DNA of 64,000 bases from NCBI GenBank assembly GCA_018673955.1, contig JABHBJ010000093.1, forward strand, positions 10,931 to 74,930, read 5' to 3'. Of the stretch, positions 58,393 through 64,000 are shown piece after piece. The notes beneath the pieces were generated by a model. The model searched no databases and had not been told where the DNA came from. It saw only the letters and a list, made by a program, of their open reading frames with translations. Origin of the DNA: Chloroflexota bacterium. Lineage in GTDB: Bacteria > Chloroflexota > Dehalococcoidia > Lucifugimonadales > Lucifugimonadaceae. Within the stretch, counting starts at the first letter, position 1, and each line of letters starts with the position of its first letter. The position numbers and the translations under genes were made by a program.

Positions 58393-58475
58393 CGTATTAC
58401 CTCTCGTTGCGCAGGCTTCTACATGACCCCGTATTTCACCTGAGTGATATCCAGCTTACCTCGGAAATATGAAAA

Positions 58476-59432
58476 TTACGCCTTAAGCTCGCGAACAGTA
58501 GCAAGAAATGAGGGGAGCGCTTTCTCCCAATCGCCAACAATACCGAATCTCGCTTCTTTGAAAATGTTCGAATCGCCATCCTTATTTATAGCCACTATCG
58601 CCCTTGAACTCGAGCAACCCGCCATATGCTGGCTGGCTCCTGAAATTCCGATCGCAATGTAAACATCAGGGCTCACCGACTTGCCGGTGAGCCCAACCTG
58701 GTGCGAATGATCTATCCACCCAGCATCACAAGCGGCACGAGAAGCACCGACTGCACCACCTAAAGCATTTGCTAGATCGGCGAGAACACTAAACGGCTCA
58801 GGACCGCCCAATCCACGCCCACCGCTAACTACGAAGTTCGCATCTTCCAACCGAACGCCCTCACGAGCTTCAGCTACGGTTCCAGTTACCGATACCACCC
58901 GCTCGACGTTGACGTCAGATTCGAACGCTTCTATCAAAGGCAAGCCAGTTTCTGTACCCGCCTCGTACACACCGGCTCTCAGCGTGATTATCGCTGGACG
59001 CGTTGGGATTTCGAACTCAGCAAGAGCGCTTCCGCCGTACACGGGACGCGTAACGCTAACGCCATCACCGGCGTTCGATATTTCGATACAATCAGAAGCA
59101 AACGCCGAGTCGGATCTAAACGCCATCCGAGCGCCAACTACAGATCCAAAATCCGATTTACTGAAAATTACGATTTCAGGAGAAGTGGATTCAACAAGTG
59201 AGGAAATAACGGCTGTTGCCTGATCGTAAATTCCTGCATCTGCATCGTCTACCGAAGAGAGTGTCACGATTTTTCCGACTGCCAACGTGCTCGCCGAAGC
59301 AGGTGCTTCACCAGCAATCACAACCGTCACAACAGGATCAACAAGCCCCTTGGCAGCAACGATCGCTTGAAGAGTCGACTGGCTAATTTCGCCTTGTTCG
59401 TCGCATTCAGCGACCACCAATATCGATGTCAT
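58476..59432 (-). CDS. etfA: Electron transfer flavoprotein alpha subunit
   Basis: VVSGGRGLG, GASRAACDAGW, QVGLTGK, GISGASQHMAG and AINKD. Confidence 0.95.
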   Translation of the reverse strand: MTSILVVAECDEQGEISQSTLQAIVAAKGLVDPVVTVVIAGEAPASASTLAVGKIVTLSSVDDADAGIYDQATAVISSLVESTSPEIVIFSKSDFGSVVGARMAFRSDSAFASDCIEISNAGDGVSVTRPVYGGSALAEFEIPTRPAIITLRAGVYEAGTETGLPLIEAFESDVNVERVVSVTGTVAEAREGVRLEDANFVVSGGRGLGGPEPFSVLADLANALGGAVGASRAACDAGWIDHSHQVGLTGKSVSPDVYIAIGISGASQHMAGCSSSRAIVAINKDGDSNIFKEARFGIVGDWEKALPSFLATVRELKA

Positions 59433-60232
59433 TAAATCAACTTCTCCTCGCGCAGTCGTAGTGCAAGTTTCTTTCCTGAATCGGCTTCATCTTCACCCTG
59501 GATAAGTTCAACATGCTTGTTCGACTCGGGAATATAGAGATTCTTCAACTCCAGCTTCGGAGCGAGATCATCGGATGAAAGTCCTATATCAGCCAAAGAG
59601 AATGTTTCCGCCTTCTTCCTGCTCGCCTGCATGATTCCACGCAAGTTTGGATACCGAGGTTCACCAAGTTCATTCGTGATTGTTAAAACCGATGGGACAG
59701 GAGCGGTTATCGTCTGGTAACCGTCCGGAATCACGCGTTGAAGCGATACCGAATCGCCGTTCAGTTCTAGTTTCTGAACAAGTGATACAAGCGGCAATCC
59801 CAAGACTTCTGCGAGACCGAGAGTGACGTGCGCCTGATCCCAGTCGGAAGCTTGTCGCCCGCCAAGGATCAAATCGTAGTGTCCATCTTTTTCGATAGCT
59901 GCTGCAAGTACCTTTACGGTGGCTGCCGAATCGATGTTATCCAGCCTTGAATCGTCGACTAGTACCAAACGGTCAGCGCCCATAGCAAGCGGCTTCTTCA
60001 TAGCATCCATCACGAAATCGCTACCGACCGATAACACCGTGATCTCAACTTCGGCACCAGCATCACGTAGTAAAAGCGCAGCTTCTACGGCGTTCAGGTC
60101 GAATCCGTTTACGACCGGTGGCACTCCGTTTGGTGGAATGACACTGTTCGTCGATTCGTCGATCTTGAACTGCGATGGAGGAGTTTCAGGGTCTGGAACC
60201 TGCTTAGCAAGAACCACAATTCGGACAGTCAA
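59432..60232 (-). CDS. etfB: Electron transfer flavoprotein beta subunit
   Basis: KQVPD, LAMGADR, GRQASD and EPRYPNLRGIM. TTG 60232 is the likely start; the ORF track starts at 60265. Confidence 0.93.
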   Translation of the reverse strand: MTVRIVVLAKQVPDPETPPSQFKIDESTNSVIPPNGVPPVVNGFDLNAVEAALLLRDAGAEVEITVLSVGSDFVMDAMKKPLAMGADRLVLVDDSRLDNIDSAATVKVLAAAIEKDGHYDLILGGRQASDWDQAHVTLGLAEVLGLPLVSLVQKLELNGDSVSLQRVIPDGYQTITAPVPSVLTITNELGEPRYPNLRGIMQASRKKAETFSLADIGLSSDDLAPKLELKNLYIPESNKHVELIQGEDEADSGKKLALRLREEKLI

Positions 60233-60471
60233 TTCAGTAATTCCAATTCCTAACAACCGGGGCACAACATTTGCGTATGCACCGCGAGAAAGTCAAAACA
60301 CGATAATAGCGATACTCTAGTCTGGTCGAAATCCGCAGAGCGGTCTATAACATTATCGTTCAGCTGCAATAGCGGGTCATTTTCTTAGCCTGATATTTTG
60401 CGCTCATTTCTTCGGTTCGGTAATTCACCAGCCAGAACGACCCACAAGTCCCACAAGGCAATTCACTAGTT

Positions 60472-61221
60472 TTGGAATCCGTAGTCTCAGCAGCCCAACT
60501 ACTTGGAGTCGATCTCGATGACCGACAGCAGGCACAATTCCAGCGATACCGTGAGTTAATCGAACTACGTAGTCAACAGTTCAACCTCACCGGTCACAAA
60601 ACGTGGGACAAAATCCGAGAAGAATTGTTCATCAGGTCACTGCGAGTACTGACTCCCGCCGGTGGAAACGTACCAACACCCGAGTGGTTCGCCGGTAAAC
60701 GTGTGATCGATGTTGGCACCGGTGCTGGCATACCCGGAATGATCCTGAAAATCGCACTTCCTGATCTAAAAGTAACGTTGCTCGACTCCATGGGTAAGCG
60801 AACAAATTTTCTCGCCGAAGTCGCAAACGAACTCGAACTAAAGGGATTAGAAGTTATCACCGGCCGAGCAGAAGATCTTGGTCAAGAAATCGGGCACCGT
60901 GAGGCTTATGATGTCGTTTTCGCCCGAGGAGTCGCTCGCCTGGCAGAACTTTCTGAACTGACTATCCCGTTCGCAAAAATTGGCGGAACGGTCATACTTC
61001 CAAAAAGCCAAGGTGTTCAAGATGAGGTCGACGAAGCTAGTTCCGCATTCGAAGTCCTCGGCTCAGCACCAGCATTGGTGATACCCGTCGACAAACCCGG
61101 CAGCTCCTCACCCGACGATGTGGTTTACTTGATGAAAATCTCTTCGACACCTGATCAATTTCCACGCAGAGTCGGAATTCCTCATCAGTCACCGCTGATC
61201 GAACCAGACGAAGACGACTAA
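60472..61221 (+). CDS. rsmG: 16S rRNA m7G527 methyltransferase
   Basis: FNLT, DVGTGAGIPG, LLDS..KR, RAE, ARGVA and FPRRVGIP. Confidence 0.9.
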   Translation: MESVVSAAQLLGVDLDDRQQAQFQRYRELIELRSQQFNLTGHKTWDKIREELFIRSLRVLTPAGGNVPTPEWFAGKRVIDVGTGAGIPGMILKIALPDLKVTLLDSMGKRTNFLAEVANELELKGLEVITGRAEDLGQEIGHREAYDVVFARGVARLAELSELTIPFAKIGGTVILPKSQGVQDEVDEASSAFEVLGSAPALVIPVDKPGSSSPDDVVYLMKISSTPDQFPRRVGIPHQSPLIEPDEDD

Positions 61222-61262
61222 CGGTGATTGAATCTCGAATATCCGACTCCGCTCTCGAATAA

Positions 61263-62333
61263 ATGTCCGAAACGCACAACGACAAATCAAAAAAACCTCA
61301 ATCGGGAATGCCAAGCGCAGCAACTCTACGTGGACGAATGCTGTCGCTGCCAACACTTTTTGCAATCGTTATCGGAGCAGTTTTGCTCGGATTCGCGATG
61401 TGGCGCATCTTCGACTTTGATTGGGACGAAGTGTGGAGCAACATTAAAGGCGTTCATCTAGGTAAATACCTCCTCGCAGTCGCTCTCTACTACCTAAGTT
61501 TCTGGTTCCGTGGACTCCGCTGGAAACTTATAGCTAGAACCGCAAGCATCGGTGGCGACAATGGAAAACACGTTCCGCGCACCATAACTCTTTCTGGAAT
61601 CATCCTCATGGGCTGGTTCGCCAACTCAGTTGCATTCTTACGGCTTGGCGATGCCTACCGTGGCTGGGCGTTAGCTAAAGAATCTAAAAGCGATTTTCCT
61701 TCGAGCCTCGGCACAGTTCTGGCAGAACGTGTTCAGGATATGGCTGCAGTTCTTATCCTCGTTCTTGGAGCTGCCACTTTGATCACGCTTGAAGGACACT
61801 CAAAAGTCCCTGGATGGGTAGTATTTGTAGCATTTGCCCTTGTAGCCGCACTGATAATCGGCTTATTGATCATGCGAGTGGCCGGTGAACGGCTATCACA
61901 CCGATTACCGGGTCGATTCGAGGCAGCTTTTGTGAACTTCCAACGAGGAACTTTGAGCAGCTTCTCAGGCAGGGAGATACCACCACAGCTTGTCCTCGGC
62001 ATCATCGGTTGGATACTCGAAATCGCCCGTTTCTACTTCGTAGCGGACGCAATGAATATCGAAGCTTCGTTCGGTATCGTCATGTTCGCTGCATTGGCAA
62101 ACGCCATGCTCACGACAATCCCAACCCCCGGTGGGTTCGGATTCGTTGAAGGGGGGTTAACAGGGTTATTGATCTTGTTCGGTCTCAGCGACAACGAATC
62201 TATCAGCCTTGTTGCTGTCGATAGAACTATCAGCTGGCTCAGCGTGGTGCTATTCGGTGGGATCCTGTTCGTTGTATGGCACGTTATAAAAGCCAAAAAA
62301 ACCTCGACCATCTCATCTTCATCCGGCGAATAG
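61263..62333 (+). CDS. Lysylphosphatidylglycerol synthase TM-domain (flippase-like) protein
   Basis: RGLRW, LRLGDAYR, ERVQD, PTPGGFGFVEG and DR. Confidence 0.87.
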   Translation: MSETHNDKSKKPQSGMPSAATLRGRMLSLPTLFAIVIGAVLLGFAMWRIFDFDWDEVWSNIKGVHLGKYLLAVALYYLSFWFRGLRWKLIARTASIGGDNGKHVPRTITLSGIILMGWFANSVAFLRLGDAYRGWALAKESKSDFPSSLGTVLAERVQDMAAVLILVLGAATLITLEGHSKVPGWVVFVAFALVAALIIGLLIMRVAGERLSHRLPGRFEAAFVNFQRGTLSSFSGREIPPQLVLGIIGWILEIARFYFVADAMNIEASFGIVMFAALANAMLTTIPTPGGFGFVEGGLTGLLILFGLSDNESISLVAVDRTISWLSVVLFGGILFVVWHVIKAKKTSTISSSSGE

Positions 62334-62452
62334 CCCACCCTACGAATCAAAGTCGGCTAATATCATCGCCTCATTGATTGTTATTGGGATCGTTATTTAG
62401 ATCATCCCCAGATTCAATGGCTCCACATTGCCGTAAGCAGAGGTTCATTTGT

Positions 62453-63301
62453 ATGGCTGACAAGAAAAAAGTGCTCGTGACTGGCCTAAGTGGTCTTGTT
62501 GGAAGCGCGCTAAGAAGTGATTTCGAAGAGAAATACGAACTCTCGTCACTCTCTCGTTACGGAACTGAAGGACTCGACGACGCCCATAATTTCAAAGGCA
62601 ATATCGCCGAAATCGACACGATGATTCCTGCTTTTGAAGGGCAACACACCGTCGTTCACCTCGCCGCCGACCGCAGCGCCAACGCCAACTGGGAATCAGC
62701 ACTTCGAAATAACTTTGTCGGCGTCTATAACGTCTACGAAGCTGCAAAACGCACAGGCGTAAAACGAGTCGTGTTCGGCAGTTCTCAACACGCCATCGGC
62801 GGCTTCTACCGCGACGAACCGTACAAATCGATTCTTCAAGGAAACTACGAAGGAATCGAGCACGGAAAGTTCAAGAAGATCGACGAAACCGTTCCGTTCC
62901 GACCCGATGGCTACTACGGTGCCTCAAAGGGTTACGCAGAAGGACTCGGCAGCTTCTACTCTGAGTGGCATGGTATTTCTTCGATAAACATTCGAATCGG
63001 TTGGACCATCTCAGATGACGACCCAACAGTGGCCGCAGGTGGGCTTGCAATGTGGTTGTCGCACCGTGACACAGCTCAGATCCACGTCAAAGCTGTCGAC
63101 GCTCCTGATGACCTGATGTACACGGTTGTATTCGCCATGAGCGACAACCACTGGAACATCTTCTCTCTCGACAAAGCACGCGAAGTACTTGGATACGAAC
63201 CTCAGGACGACGCCGGACAAGTGCTGAATCCCACCAAGGGATTATCAGATCGAGACGACACGGACTTCAAGCAACACGAAGAAGATCCCGAAACTTATTA
63301 G
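62453..63301 (+). CDS. NAD-dependent epimerase/dehydratase family (uronate dehydrogenase-like)
   Basis: VLVTGLSGLVG, VVHLAA, RPDGYYGASK, IRIG and WLSHRD; ATG 62453 follows AGAGGT. Confidence 0.85.
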   Translation: MADKKKVLVTGLSGLVGSALRSDFEEKYELSSLSRYGTEGLDDAHNFKGNIAEIDTMIPAFEGQHTVVHLAADRSANANWESALRNNFVGVYNVYEAAKRTGVKRVVFGSSQHAIGGFYRDEPYKSILQGNYEGIEHGKFKKIDETVPFRPDGYYGASKGYAEGLGSFYSEWHGISSINIRIGWTISDDDPTVAAGGLAMWLSHRDTAQIHVKAVDAPDDLMYTVVFAMSDNHWNIFSLDKAREVLGYEPQDDAGQVLNPTKGLSDRDDTDFKQHEEDPETY

Positions 63302-63516
63302 ATCACGTCCATAGAGCAAAACGTTCTCCCTCAACCTAGCAAAGTACTCGGAATCAAGTTCAGCATGACATTGGACGTTTGAGCAACTAGGATCGTCGTT
63401 CATCAAATCGTCAAAACACAAGCGAAATCACAGCACCCCTTGTGCTACGATTTTTTAATCGGGCATTTCTGACCACCGTGCATCGCACACGTTGAACCGC
63501 CCGGCCTCCATAAAAC

Positions 63517-63592
63517 GGGGCTGTAGCTCAATTGGTAGAGCGCTTCAATGGCATTGAAGAGGTAGAGGGTTCGAATCCCTCCAGCTCCACCA
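63517..63592 (+). tRNA. tRNA-Ala (GGC)
   Basis: GGGGCTG/CAGCTCC acceptor stem with G3:U70, anticodon arm CTTCA-ATGGCAT-TGAAG, GGTTCGAATCC and an encoded CCA; 76 nt. Confidence 0.97.
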
Positions 63593-63602
63593 GAATTCAT
63601 AC

Positions 63603-63637
63603 GATAGGCCACTGAGAAATCGGTGGCCTATCTGTTT
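63603..63637 (+). terminator. Terminator after tRNA-Ala
   Basis: GATAGGCCACTGA-gaaa-TCGGTGGCCTATC-TGTTT. Confidence 0.8.
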
Positions 63638-63734
63638 AATACCGTTATGTTCTACTACGTCATCATCATCCCAGCACATCGAATACAGTGTCTATAATTC
63701 TCGAAATTAAACCTAACGACTTCGGCAAAAATAT

Positions 63735-64000
63735 TTGAAACTCTCCATTCTCGATCAATCTCCAATAAGCGTCGGCAAAACAGCGCACGAAGCTGTGCAG
63801 GCAACCCTCGACCTCGCAGAGAAGGCCGACAAATGGGGCTACACACGCTACTGGCTTGCCGAGCACCACAGCTCCGACACACTTGCCGACGCCAGCCCTG
63901 AAATACTACTGGCAGCCATTAGTGCACGAACAGACAACATCCGTATCGGCTCCGGCGGCGTGATGCTCTCTCACTACAGCGCCCTCAAAGTCGCCGAAAT
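63735..64000 (+). CDS. LLM-class flavin-dependent oxidoreductase (5' part, runs off the window)
   Basis: Manual translation from TTG: MKLSILDQSP...GYTRYWLAEHHS...SPEILL...IRIGSGGVMLSHYSALKVAE. Confidence 0.9.
   Translation, partial: MKLSILDQSPISVGKTAHEAVQATLDLAEKADKWGYTRYWLAEHHSSDTLADASPEILLAAISARTDNIRIGSGGVMLSHYSALKVAE

Noticed and set aside
63517-64000. Integrated element at tRNA-Ala
   Set aside because: The tRNA is followed by a terminator and an LLM gene; no integrase or duplicated tRNA 3' end is in view.
1-64000. CRISPR arrays, prophage, transposases and the many short overlapping or antisense ORFs in the track
   Set aside because: No regularly spaced repeats or mobile-element motifs were seen, and the short ORFs are shadows of well-supported genes.

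Overview
A gene-dense (about 52% GC by eye) housekeeping and catabolic chromosomal segment. It is most consistent with a Chloroflexota/Dehalococcoidia bacterium, probably SAR202-like. That call is an inference from the Chlor_Arch_YYY membrane protein, a T-box leader, paralogous XdhB/CoxL-like molybdoenzymes, heteromeric acyl-CoA dehydrogenases, and enolase-family and LLM enzymes. Main contents: a Trp T-box riboswitch heading trpS-trpE-trpE2-trpG-trpD-trpC-trpF (no trpBA in the window), glutamine synthetase II, peptidases, comF/hpf, a coxM-S-L-L-moaD-folE-folM-folB cluster plus a third orphan L subunit, hflKC, etfBA, rsmG, tRNA-Ala(GGC) and the start of an LLM oxidoreductase. I saw no prophage, transposase or CRISPR array. 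The most striking signal is an MFS transporter (12473-13789) interrupted mid-helix by a single in-frame TGA at a position where related MFS proteins carry Cys (FFI-TGA-GY versus FFICG). A hairpin with bacterial SECIS geometry follows 10 nt later, making this a candidate selenocysteine-containing transporter. Also notable are a correctly spaced pair of NrdR-like boxes with no ribonucleotide reductase gene nearby, beside an unannotated 56-aa ORF, and a molybdo-hydroxylase cluster joined to pterin biosynthesis genes. All calls come from motif reading only; no searches were run.
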